Part shown: piece after piece, positions 15,809 to 24,306 of the stretch
How positions within the stretch are numbered: the first letter of the stretch is position 1
Layout: each line of letters begins with the position of its first letter
Notes under the pieces: generated by a model
The model's database searches: none
The model's input: only the letters and a program-made list of their open reading frames with translations
What the model was told of the DNA's origin: nothing
Program-made: the position numbers and the translations under genes
Assembly: GCF_000284115.1 (NCBI RefSeq)
Contig: NC_017081.1
Coordinates: 30,001 to 62,000, forward strand
DNA length: 32,000 nt
From: Phycisphaera mikurensis NBRC 102666
Lineage (GTDB): Bacteria; Planctomycetota; Phycisphaerae; Phycisphaerales; Phycisphaeraceae
Direction: 5' to 3'

Positions 15809-18800
15809 GTGCTTGAACGCATCCTCCGATTCTCGATCGACCAGCGCTGGCTGGTCGTCCTCCTCACCGCCGCGGCGGCGCTCCTGGGCGTGTACTCGCT
15901 CACGCAGCTGCCCATCGACGCCGTCCCGGACATCACCAACAACCAGGTCCAGATCAACACCGAGTACGAGGCCCTGGGCCCCGAGCAGGTGGAGAAGCAG
16001 ATCACCTTCCCGGTCGAGACGGCGCTGGCCGGCATCGAAGGCCTCGATTACACGCGCTCGATCAGCCGCAACGGCTTCAGCCAGGTGACCGCGGTCTTCA
16101 CCGACGCCACCGACGTGTACTTCGCCCGCTCCCAGGTGCTCGAGCGCCTGGTTGGCCTGGGCGAGACGCTGCCGCCGGGGGCCGAGCCCTCGATGGGCGC
16201 AATCAGCACCGGGCTCGGCGAGGTCTTCATGTACGCGGTCGAGTTCACGAACCCCGGCGGGGTGGGCGCCGAAATCGTGGAAGATGGCCCCGGGTGGCGC
16301 TCCGACGGCACCTACGTCACTCCCGAAGATGAGGTGCTGCGAACGCCGGTCGAGAAGGCCGCCTACCTCCGCACCCTGCAGGAGTACACGATCTCCCCGC
16401 AGCTGCGGCAGGTGGCCAACGTCGCCGGCGTCGACGCGATCGGCGGCTACGAGAAGCAGTACGGCGTCGAGCCCGACCCGATGAAGCTGATGGCCCACGG
16501 GCTGTCCTTCGCGGACCTGCTCGACGCGCTCGAGGCCGGCAACGTCGCGCAGGGCGCGAAGTACATCGAGACCGCCGGCGAGGCGCTGCAGGTCCGCGCC
16601 AGCGGCCTGCTCACCGGCGTGGAGGACATCGCCGGCATCGTCATTGGTCAGCACGACGGCGTGCCCGTCCGCGTCCGCGACGTCGCCGCGGTCGGCGTCA
16701 GCCGTGAGGTCCGCTACGGCTCGGCCAGCCTCAACGGCGAGGAGGCGGTGATCGGCACCGCGCTCATGCTCATCGGCGGCAACAGCCGGCAGGTCGCCGC
16801 CGACGTGGGGGCGAAGCTCGGGGAGATCGGGCAGACGCTGCCGCCGGGCATCTCCATCCGCACCGTGCTCGACCGCACCGGCCTGGTCGACAAGACGATC
16901 GCCACCGTCGAGCACAACCTGTTCTTCGGCGCGATCCTGGTGATCGTCGTGCTCTTCGTGCTGCTGGGCAACCTCCGCGCGGCGCTGATCACCGCGCTGG
17001 CGATCCCGCTGTCGATGCTGCTCACCGCCACCGGCATGGTGCAGGCGGGCATCAGCGCCAACCTCCTGTCGCTGGGCGCGATCGACTTCGGGATCATCAT
17101 CGACGGCAGCGTCATCATCGTCGAGAACTGCGTCCGCCGGCTCGCCGAGCGGCAGCACGAACTCGGCCGGAAGCTCACGCTTCAGGAGCGGCTGGAGACG
17201 ACCTTCCTTGCGGCGAAGCAGGTGCGGACGGCCACCGCCTTCGGCGAGGCGATCATCATCACGGTCTACCTGCCGGTGCTCTTCTTGACCGGCGTGGAGG
17301 GCAAGATGTTCACGCCGATGGCGGCGACGGTGATCTTCGCGCTCGTGGGGGCCTTCGTCCTCTCGCTGACCTTCGTGCCCGCGGCGGTGGCGATCGTCAT
17401 GCGGGGCAAGGTCTCCGAGAAGGACGTCTTCGTGCTCCGCTGGGCGCGGGCCGCCTACGAGCCGGTGGTGCGGGCCGCGGTGCGGGCCCGGGTCGCCGTG
17501 GTGGCGGCCGCGGTGCTCGCCTTCGTCGGTTCGCTGCTGCTGTTCACGCAACTCGGCCAGGAGTTCGTGCCGCAGCTGGACGAGGGCGACGTCGCCATGC
17601 ACGCGATGCGGATCCCTGCCACGGCGCTCTCCAGCTCGCAGGAGAACCAGGGGATGCTCGAGAAGAAGATCGCCGCGGTGCCCGAGGTCGCCTACGTCTT
17701 CAGCAAGACCGGCACGGCCGAGCTGGCGGCGGACCCGATGGCGCCCAGCGTCAGCGACAACTTCCTGATCCTGGCGGACGAGGAGGACTGGCGGCCGGTG
17801 CCCGAGCTGCTCGCCGAGGCGAAACGCTTCGAGGCGATGCTCCCGGAGGACCCGCACGCGGGCGAGGACGAGCACGGCCACGGCGGCCACGGGGAGGAAC
17901 ACGGCCACGGAGAGGAACAAGCTGGCAACTTCTCCGAGCACAAGAACGCCCTGATGCGGCTGCTGCGCGCGGTGGTCGCCACCGTGCCCGGCAACAACTA
18001 CGAGTTCACGCAGCCCATCGAGATGCGCTTCAACGAGTTGATCTCCGGCGTGCGGAGCGACCTGGCGATCAAGGTCTTCGGCGACGACTTCGAGGTGATG
18101 CTCCCGGCCGCCAACGCGATCGCCGCGGTGGTCGCTCAGGTGCCCGGCGCCTCGGACGTGAAGGTCGAGCAGACCGAGGGCCTTCCGGTGCTGGACGTCT
18201 CGATCGACCGCCAGGCAATTTCGCGGCTGGGCCTCACGCTCAAGGAGGTGCAGGACCTGGTCGCCGCCGCTGTGGGCGGGAAAGAGGCGGGCCTGATCTT
18301 CCAGGGCGACCGCCGCTTCGACCTGATCGTCCGCCTGCCCGAGCGGCTCCGCGCCGACGTGCAGGCGCTCCGCGACCTGCCGGTCCCGCTGCCCCCCCGG
18401 GAAGCGAGCGGCGGAGCGATGGCCCGCAACGCGGACTTTCGATTTGCCCCGGCTCCCTTCGTCCCCCTCGGCGACATCGCCGACCTTTTCGTGACCGAGG
18501 GCCTCAACCAGGTCAGCCGCGAGAACGGCAAGCGTCGCATCGTCGTGCAGGCTAACGTCCGCGGCCGCGACATCGGCGGCTTCGTCGACGAGGTGCGGGC
18601 CCGCATTGCGGAGACCGCACCGCCCCCACCGGGCACGTACCTCACCTACGGCGGCCAGTTCGAGAACCTCGAGCGGGCCCGGCAGCGGCTGCTGATCGTC
18701 GTCCCGGTCTGCTTCCTCCTGATCTTCGGCCTGCTCTACGCGACCTTCGGGAACGCGAAGGACGCGGTGATGGTCTTCGTGTGCGTGCCGCTGGCGCTCA

Positions 18801-19198
18801 CCGGCGGCATCCTCGCGCTCTGGCTCCGCGGCATGCCCTTTTCGATCTCCGCCGCCGTGGGCTTCATCGCCCTCTCGGGCGTGGCCGTGCTCAACGGCTT
18901 GGTGATGGTCACCTTCATCAACGAGCGGCTCCAGGAGGGCGACCCGCTGGAGGAGGCGATCATCGGCGGCAGCCTCGTCCGGCTGCGGCCCGTGCTGATG
19001 ACCGCGCTGGTCGCGGCGCTGGGCTTCGTCCCCATGGCAATCGCGACCGGAGCGGGGGCCGAGGTGCAGAAGCCCCTGGCCACCGTCGTCATCGGCGGCA
19101 TCGCCAGCGCCACGCTGCTCACGCTGGTGGTGCTTCCGGCCGTGTACCGGCTGTGGCACCGGCCCGGCCGCAAGCACGAGCTGGAGCCGGCGGTGTGA
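15809..19198 (+). CDS. czcA: Heavy-metal efflux RND pump, CzcA (HME, divalent-cation type)
   Basis: ORF 15758-19198, with the start reset to GTG 15809 (MLERILRFSIDQRWLVV, the canonical CzcA N-terminus). The TM4 motif GAIDFGIIIDGSVIIVEN is the DFG-D-EN signature of divalent HME pumps. It carries a His-rich insert at 17846-17917. Confidence 0.95.
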   Translation: MLERILRFSIDQRWLVVLLTAAAALLGVYSLTQLPIDAVPDITNNQVQINTEYEALGPEQVEKQITFPVETALAGIEGLDYTRSISRNGFSQVTAVFTDATDVYFARSQVLERLVGLGETLPPGAEPSMGAISTGLGEVFMYAVEFTNPGGVGAEIVEDGPGWRSDGTYVTPEDEVLRTPVEKAAYLRTLQEYTISPQLRQVANVAGVDAIGGYEKQYGVEPDPMKLMAHGLSFADLLDALEAGNVAQGAKYIETAGEALQVRASGLLTGVEDIAGIVIGQHDGVPVRVRDVAAVGVSREVRYGSASLNGEEAVIGTALMLIGGNSRQVAADVGAKLGEIGQTLPPGISIRTVLDRTGLVDKTIATVEHNLFFGAILVIVVLFVLLGNLRAALITALAIPLSMLLTATGMVQAGISANLLSLGAIDFGIIIDGSVIIVENCVRRLAERQHELGRKLTLQERLETTFLAAKQVRTATAFGEAIIITVYLPVLFLTGVEGKMFTPMAATVIFALVGAFVLSLTFVPAAVAIVMRGKVSEKDVFVLRWARAAYEPVVRAAVRARVAVVAAAVLAFVGSLLLFTQLGQEFVPQLDEGDVAMHAMRIPATALSSSQENQGMLEKKIAAVPEVAYVFSKTGTAELAADPMAPSVSDNFLILADEEDWRPVPELLAEAKRFEAMLPEDPHAGEDEHGHGGHGEEHGHGEEQAGNFSEHKNALMRLLRAVVATVPGNNYEFTQPIEMRFNELISGVRSDLAIKVFGDDFEVMLPAANAIAAVVAQVPGASDVKVEQTEGLPVLDVSIDRQAISRLGLTLKEVQDLVAAAVGGKEAGLIFQGDRRFDLIVRLPERLRADVQALRDLPVPLPPREASGGAMARNADFRFAPAPFVPLGDIADLFVTEGLNQVSRENGKRRIVVQANVRGRDIGGFVDEVRARIAETAPPPPGTYLTYGGQFENLERARQRLLIVVPVCFLLIFGLLYATFGNAKDAVMVFVCVPLALTGGILALWLRGMPFSISAAVGFIALSGVAVLNGLVMVTFINERLQEGDPLEEAIIGGSLVRLRPVLMTALVAALGFVPMAIATGAGAEVQKPLATVVIGGIASATLLTLVVLPAVYRLWHRPGRKHELEPAV

Positions 19199-19280
19199 CG
19201 CCGCACCCCTGCCGCGCACGCGGCTGCCTGAGTGCGTCTCAACGCGCTCGTTGATCTTGAACCCACATGAAAGGAACCTG

Positions 19281-19511
19281 ATGAAGCTTTTTCTCACCAC
19301 CGCCCTGACGCTCGGCCTCTTCGCCCTCACCGGCTGCGGCGAGACCCCCGCCACCGCCCCGGACCCGCTCGCGGGCGAGGCGCCGGCCATCGACCTCCAC
19401 GCGGAGGGCGACGGGCACGGCCACGGCAGCGATGAACACGACCACGAGGGCGACGCTCACGGCCACGGCGAGGAGGCTGCGGGCGACGACCACTCCGACC
19501 ACGAGCACTGA
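19281..19511 (+). CDS. 76-aa His/Asp/Glu-rich mini-lipoprotein (putative periplasmic metal buffer or chaperone)
   Basis: This lies within ORF 19251-19511. ATG 19281 is preceded by AAAGGAA. The lipobox is MKLFLTTALTLGLFALTGC. The mature part ends DLHAEGDGHGHGSDEHDHEGDAHGHGEEAAGDDHSDHEH. Confidence 0.65.
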   Translation: MKLFLTTALTLGLFALTGCGETPATAPDPLAGEAPAIDLHAEGDGHGHGSDEHDHEGDAHGHGEEAAGDDHSDHEH

Positions 19512-19526
19512 TCCGTGCCGCGCGTC

Positions 19527-19605
19527 CCGCCGCCCACGCGCCGCCCCGGGTGGGCGTCCGCGGCGGTCACCACCGGATTCGACCGCCGGGAGCGCCCGGC
19601 GGGTC
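19527..19605 (+). terminator. Two GC-rich stem-loops between the mini-lipoprotein gene and the CDF gene
   Basis: The first has CCGCCGC (19527-19533) pairing with GCGGCGG (19560-19566), with an inner CCCAC/GTGGG pair. The second is GACCGCCGGG-AGCG-CCCGGCGGGTC (19581-19605, one bulge). No U-tract follows, so function is uncertain. Confidence 0.25.
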
Positions 19606-19635
19606 CGGCTTCCACGCCTCGAACGAGACCCCACG

Positions 19636-20334
19636 ATGCCTGACGACCCAACCGATGCCCCCGACCCCGATCGGCAGAAGCTGCTGCGCCGCGGACGCTG
19701 GACCGAGGTGGCGAGCCTCGTCTACAACCTCACCGAGGTCGTGGTCTCCGTGACCGCTGGCCTGCTCGCCGGCAGCTCCGCGCTCATCAGCTGGGGCCTG
19801 GACAGCGCCGTCGAGTCGGTCTCGGCGGGCACACTGATTTGGCGGCTCACCGGCGAGATCGATGGGATCGGCCCGCGCCGGGTCGCCCACCGCAAGAAGG
19901 TGGCCCTCACCGTGCTGGCGGTCGCCTTCGCGGTCGCGGTCGCGTTCATCCTCTACGAGGCCGCCTCGAAGCTGATCTCGCAGGAGCCGCCGGGCTTCTC
20001 GGGCTGGGGCATCGGCATCCTCGTGCTCTCGCTGGTCGTCAACCCCTTCCTGGCGTGGGGCAAGCACCACTACGGGAAGAAGCTCGACGCCAAGGCGCTC
20101 CGCTACGACGCCATCGACACGCTGATCTGCCAGTACCAGACGATCGTCGCGTTGACGGGCCTGGGCCTCTCGCTGGGGCTGGGCTGGTGGTGGGCCGACC
20201 CGGTGGCCGCGCTGCTCATCGTCCCCTACGTCGCGTGGGAGGGCTTCGAGGCCGCCCGTGACGCCCTGAAGGTTGACCCCGAGCAGGAGGCCAACGACCA
20301 CCCGAACCCGCAGGAAAGCAACCAAGGCTCATGA
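19636..20334 (+). CDS. Cation diffusion facilitator-like transporter, six TM, lacking the cytoplasmic C-terminal domain
   Basis: This is the 3' part of ORF 19432-20334, with ATG at 19636, giving 232 aa. It has six hydrophobic helices. Acidic pairs sit in TM2 (WGLDSAVES) and TM5 (YDAIDT), where CDF site A normally lies. The protein ends about 20 aa after TM6. The stop overlaps the next ATG (ATGA). Confidence 0.65.
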   Translation: MPDDPTDAPDPDRQKLLRRGRWTEVASLVYNLTEVVVSVTAGLLAGSSALISWGLDSAVESVSAGTLIWRLTGEIDGIGPRRVAHRKKVALTVLAVAFAVAVAFILYEAASKLISQEPPGFSGWGIGILVLSLVVNPFLAWGKHHYGKKLDAKALRYDAIDTLICQYQTIVALTGLGLSLGLGWWWADPVAALLIVPYVAWEGFEAARDALKVDPEQEANDHPNPQESNQGS

Positions 20335-22355
20335 AGAATCCACCCCCCGATGCAGACCCTCACGCCGACCGCGATCACGGCGAAGGCGGGGGCGAGGACG
20401 GGCACGACCACAGCCACGGCACCTTCCTCGGCTTCAACCTGGAGCTGGTCTTCGCCGTGGCGTGCGGGCTGTGCGTCCTGGTGGGCTGGCTGCTCGGGGC
20501 GCTGACGCCGGTGCCCGAGGCGGTCCCGGTGACGCTCTTCGTCCTCGGGTACTTCTTCGGCGGCTTCTTCACGGTCGCCGAGGCGTTCACGAAGATCCGC
20601 CAGGGCCAGTTCGAGATCGACTTCCTGATGCTCGTCGCCGCGGCGGGGGCCGCGGCCCTCGGGGAGTTCTTCGAGGGGGCGCTGCTGCTGTTCCTCTTCA
20701 GCATCGGCCACGCGCTGGAGAACTACGCGATGGGCCGGGCCCGCCGGGCGATCGAGGCCCTCGCGGACCTGGCCCCCGCCACCGCCCGCGTCCGGCGGGG
20801 GGCCGAGACGGTGGAGGTGCCGGTCGAGGAACTCGAAGTCGGCGACACCGTGGTCGTCCGGCCCGACGAGCGGGTGCCCGCCGACGGCTTCGTCACCGCC
20901 GGCGAGAGCGCCATCGACCAGGCGCCGATCACCGGCGAGAGCGTGCCGGTGGACAAGCGGCCGGTGGCGGACCCCGACGCCGTGGACGACCCCGAGGCGC
21001 TGGACAAGGAGCACCGCGTCTTCGCGGGGACCATCAACGGCAGCGGGGCGCTGGACGTGCGGGTGACCAAGCGGGCGTCGGAGAACACGCTGGCCCGCGT
21101 GGTCGAGCTGGTGGCGAGCGCCGAGGGCGGCAAGTCCGCCACGCAGCGCTTCACCGACCGCTTCCAGCGGGTCTTCGTGCCCGCGGTGCTGCTCTTCGTG
21201 CTGCTGCTGCTCTTCGCCCCGCTGGTGCTCGATGAACCTTTCTCCGAGAGCTTCTACCGGGCCATGGCGGTGCTGGTCGCGGCCAGCCCGTGCGCGCTGG
21301 CGATCGCCACGCCCAGCGCCGTGCTCAGCGGCGTCGCCCGGGCCGGCCGCGGCGGCGTGCTCGTCAAGGGCGGGGCTCCGCTGGAGGACCTGGGCTCGCT
21401 CACCGCCATCGCATTCGACAAGACCGGCACGCTCACCAAGGGCGAGCCCCGGCTCACCGACGTGCGGGCCGCGGAGGGCGTCGAGGAAACCGAGCTGCTC
21501 CGCGTCGCCGCGGCGGTGGAGGCGCTCAGCGAGCACCCGCTGGCGCGGGCGGTCGTGCGGGACGCCGGTGAGCGGCTGGGCGACGCCGAGGTTCCCGAAG
21601 CAAGCGACCTGCAGAGCATCACCGGACGCGGCGTCCGGGCCCGGGTGGAGGGCGAGGACGTGTTCATCGGCAAGGACGACCTCTTCGACGAGGTGCCCGG
21701 CGAGCCGCTGCCGTCGTCGATCCGCGGCGTGGTCGAGGGCCTCGAAGCCAACGGCCGCACCACGATGATCGTCCGCCGGGGCGACCGCTGGCTCGGCGTG
21801 ATCGGCCTCATGGACACGCCCCGCGAGGATGCCAAGGCCGTCATCGCGAAGCTCCACGAGATGGGCATCCGCCGGGCGGTGATGATCTCCGGCGACAACC
21901 AGAAGGTGGCGGAGGCGGTGGGGCGGGCGGTCGGGCTTGACGACGCCGTCGGCGACCTCATGCCCGAGGACAAGGTCGCCACCATCGAGCGGCTGCTCGA
22001 GGAGGAAGGCAAGGTCGCGATGGTCGGCGACGGCGTGAACGACGCCCCCGCGCTGGCGACGGCGACGGTGGGCATCGCCATGGGCGCCGCCGGCTCGGAC
22101 GTGGCGCTCGAAACCGCCGACGTCGCGCTCATGGCCGATGACCTCACGCACCTGCCCTTCGCGGTCGGCCTCTCGCGGCAGAGCCGCTCCATCATCCGCC
22201 AGAACCTGTGGATGAGCCTGGGCATGGTCGCCTTCCTCGTGCCCGCGACCGTCTTCGGCCTGGGCATCGGCCCGGCCGTCGCGCTGCACGAGGGCTCCAC
22301 CCTGGTGGTGGTCGGCAACGCGCTCCGCCTGCTCACGTACCGGAGAGAGCGGTGA
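20331..22355 (+). CDS. P1B-type heavy-metal ATPase with SPC and HEGST motifs (P1B-4-like, Co/Zn/Fe class) and His-rich N-terminus
   Basis: ORF track, 674 aa. Motifs are SPC at 21285-21293, DKTGTLT, SEHPLA, GDGVNDAPAL and HEGSTLVVVGNALRLL. The N-terminus is DADPHADRDHGEGGGEDGHDHSHG. It is short and has no HMA domain. Confidence 0.85.
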   Translation: MKNPPPDADPHADRDHGEGGGEDGHDHSHGTFLGFNLELVFAVACGLCVLVGWLLGALTPVPEAVPVTLFVLGYFFGGFFTVAEAFTKIRQGQFEIDFLMLVAAAGAAALGEFFEGALLLFLFSIGHALENYAMGRARRAIEALADLAPATARVRRGAETVEVPVEELEVGDTVVVRPDERVPADGFVTAGESAIDQAPITGESVPVDKRPVADPDAVDDPEALDKEHRVFAGTINGSGALDVRVTKRASENTLARVVELVASAEGGKSATQRFTDRFQRVFVPAVLLFVLLLLFAPLVLDEPFSESFYRAMAVLVAASPCALAIATPSAVLSGVARAGRGGVLVKGGAPLEDLGSLTAIAFDKTGTLTKGEPRLTDVRAAEGVEETELLRVAAAVEALSEHPLARAVVRDAGERLGDAEVPEASDLQSITGRGVRARVEGEDVFIGKDDLFDEVPGEPLPSSIRGVVEGLEANGRTTMIVRRGDRWLGVIGLMDTPREDAKAVIAKLHEMGIRRAVMISGDNQKVAEAVGRAVGLDDAVGDLMPEDKVATIERLLEEEGKVAMVGDGVNDAPALATATVGIAMGAAGSDVALETADVALMADDLTHLPFAVGLSRQSRSIIRQNLWMSLGMVAFLVPATVFGLGIGPAVALHEGSTLVVVGNALRLLTYRRER

Positions 22356-23413
22356 TTACAGGAGGCCGGCGGGTGCTTTGTCTGTTGGCCCTCCTGCTGC
22401 CGGCCGCGGGTGCGGCCGGTGCAGATCCAGCGCTCGGGTCCGGTGGCGAGGACGGCTCGACCCGCTACCGATTCCAAGTGCTCTTCGACAACGACGGCGC
22501 CTTCGTCAAGCCCAATGAGTTGGAGGACCGGCACTACACCAACGGGGCGGCCCTGGCCCTGTCGGTGCAGAACGACGGCATCGAGCGCTTCGTGCGTGGC
22601 CTGGGCCTCCCGGTCGATGGCGCAGCCGCGGGCTTCATCTTCGCGCAGGAGATGTACGCGCCCGAGGACCTCTGGCGGGTTCGACCGGATCCCGACGACC
22701 AGCCCTACGCCGGCTACCTCTACGGCAGGCTGTTCCTTCAGCGGGAGCGGGACGGCTGGCTCGATCACCTCCAGCTGGACCTGGGGGTGGTCGGCCCGTC
22801 CTCGCTCGCCGAGCAGACGCAGGGCTTCGTCCACCGGAACATCTCCGGCGACGAGCCCTTCGGCTGGGACAGCCAGCTCGGCGACGAGCTGGCCGCGAAC
22901 CTGACGCTGCGGCGGAGCGTGCGGCTCGACGTGCTGGGGGCGTCGGGCCGCGGCTCGGTCGGCAGCGACCGCGCGGGCCTCGGCGTGGAGCTGATCCCCT
23001 ACGGCGAGGTGCGGGTCGGCACGGTCCACCGCGACGCCACGCTCGGAGGGCTGGTCCGGATCGGTTGGAACCTGCCCGACGACTTCGGTCCCGCTCACGT
23101 GCGAGACCCCGGCTCGTTCACAGGGCGACCGCCGCGGCGCGGGTGGAGCGTCTACGGCTACGCCGGCGCGGCCGCCCGGTACGTGCAGTGGAACACCTTC
23201 CTCGACGGCAACTACGCGCGGGACCCGAGCCCCTCGGTCACGCCCGAGCCCCTCGTGGGCATCTTCCGCGGCGGCTTCGCGGTCGCCCACACCGGCGAAC
23301 GCCTCCGGCTCGAACTCACCTATGGCCAGCAATTCTTCACGCACGAGTTAAAGGGGCAGGAGGACGCTGACGGCATCGGCCGCCTCGGCTTGAGCCTCGG
23401 CTGGGGGTTCTGA
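22352..23413 (+). CDS. LpxR-family (DUF2219) outer membrane lipid A 3'-O-deacylase-like protein
   Basis: This is the 3' part of ORF 22208-23413. GTG 22352 overlaps the ATPase stop (GTGA). An alternative start is GTG 22373, 7 nt after a GGAGG. Motifs are FDNDGAF...EDRHYTNG, EMYAPED...DDQPYAGYLY and GVVGPSSLAEQTQGFVH, with a C-terminal aromatic residue (GWGF). Confidence 0.75.
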   Translation: MITGGRRVLCLLALLLPAAGAAGADPALGSGGEDGSTRYRFQVLFDNDGAFVKPNELEDRHYTNGAALALSVQNDGIERFVRGLGLPVDGAAAGFIFAQEMYAPEDLWRVRPDPDDQPYAGYLYGRLFLQRERDGWLDHLQLDLGVVGPSSLAEQTQGFVHRNISGDEPFGWDSQLGDELAANLTLRRSVRLDVLGASGRGSVGSDRAGLGVELIPYGEVRVGTVHRDATLGGLVRIGWNLPDDFGPAHVRDPGSFTGRPPRRGWSVYGYAGAAARYVQWNTFLDGNYARDPSPSVTPEPLVGIFRGGFAVAHTGERLRLELTYGQQFFTHELKGQEDADGIGRLGLSLGWGF

Positions 23414-23443
23414 AGCCGACGAGGCACACCGAGGAGGAGGATC

Positions 23444-23935
23444 TCACGAGCCGCGGTGGGGCCGCTTCCGCTCCCGGTCCCACTCCCGCTGCAGCCCTTC
23501 CCGCCACGCCCGCGCTTCCTTCAGCGCTGCCTCCGGCTCAGTACGCCGGACCACGCCCTTGCCCCGACTCGCGAACCAGCGCCGTGGAGTGGCTCGATGT
23601 TCCCGCTGGTTGTGCTCCAGGACCGCGAGCACCGCATCGGCGATCTTCTCCCGCCCGGCCCGTCCAAAGCAGAGCGGCGCCGTTTCGCCCGGCGGCGGGA
23701 AGTGCGGGTCCGACGCCGGCCGCAGGATCACGAGGTCCGTCCCGTGTGTCCGCGCAACCACGATGAACGGCACCTCCTCGGGCAACCCCGCGAGGTCGTT
23801 CCGATCGTGCTCCAGGTCGCCGCGGTAGTGCTCCACCCACGGATCGCACAGGCGGTGCAGCTGCTCCGCCACGGTCGGGTTCCCGGCGGGGCGGGGGGAA
23901 GGGGAGAGGGAAATGGCAGGAGAATCAACGGGCAT
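23444..23935 (-). CDS. Hypothetical protein (no recognisable family)
   Basis: ORF track 23444-23938. ATG 23935 is preceded by GAGG 8 nt upstream. It is the only non-Arg-rich frame in this stretch. Confidence 0.45.
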   Translation of the reverse strand: MPVDSPAISLSPSPRPAGNPTVAEQLHRLCDPWVEHYRGDLEHDRNDLAGLPEEVPFIVVARTHGTDLVILRPASDPHFPPPGETAPLCFGRAGREKIADAVLAVLEHNQREHRATPRRWFASRGKGVVRRTEPEAALKEARAWREGLQREWDRERKRPHRGS

Positions 23936-24306
23936 CACAAAGACCTCAAGAGGCGCGGATGAAGGTCAGGGGCCGACACTGTTTTTCGGCCCTCCCTTCG
24001 CAAGAAGCAGGAAGGGCTGAAAAACCAACAACACCCGCCCGCCGGCGGGGCGGCGCAGGCAGAGGGCGGGAACGGCATGCCGGAGGCGCAGCGGGGCCTC
24101 TGGCATCTGATCGCCCGGCCTCGGGCTGCTCTGCCGCCCGAGGCTCGGCGACCCCGAAGGGGCGGGTCAGATGACGAGCCCCCCGCGCAGCGACGGCGGG
24201 ACGTTCCGGTCCGCAGCCGCAGCCGACGCGTCGGCGGGCGGAGCCAGCCGGCCCCCGGGGCCGGCGTTCCTTTCCCTCTTCGTCTCAAGTCCCGAAAGGG
24301 TCGTTC

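Noticed and set aside
15577-15816. 79-aa ORF in the czcB-czcA spacer
   Set aside because: It is Pro/Arg/Ala-rich, has no SD at a usable distance and overlaps the conserved czcA N-terminus in another frame.
15710-19390. 1226-aa ORF antisense to czcA
   Set aside because: It is a shadow ORF, with Arg/Asp/Gly/His-rich low complexity. The opposite strand encodes an unmistakable CzcA.
20226-23344. 687-aa and 696-aa minus-strand ORFs (20226-22289, 21254-23344)
   Set aside because: They are antisense to the SPC-type ATPase and the LpxR-like gene, with shadow-ORF composition.
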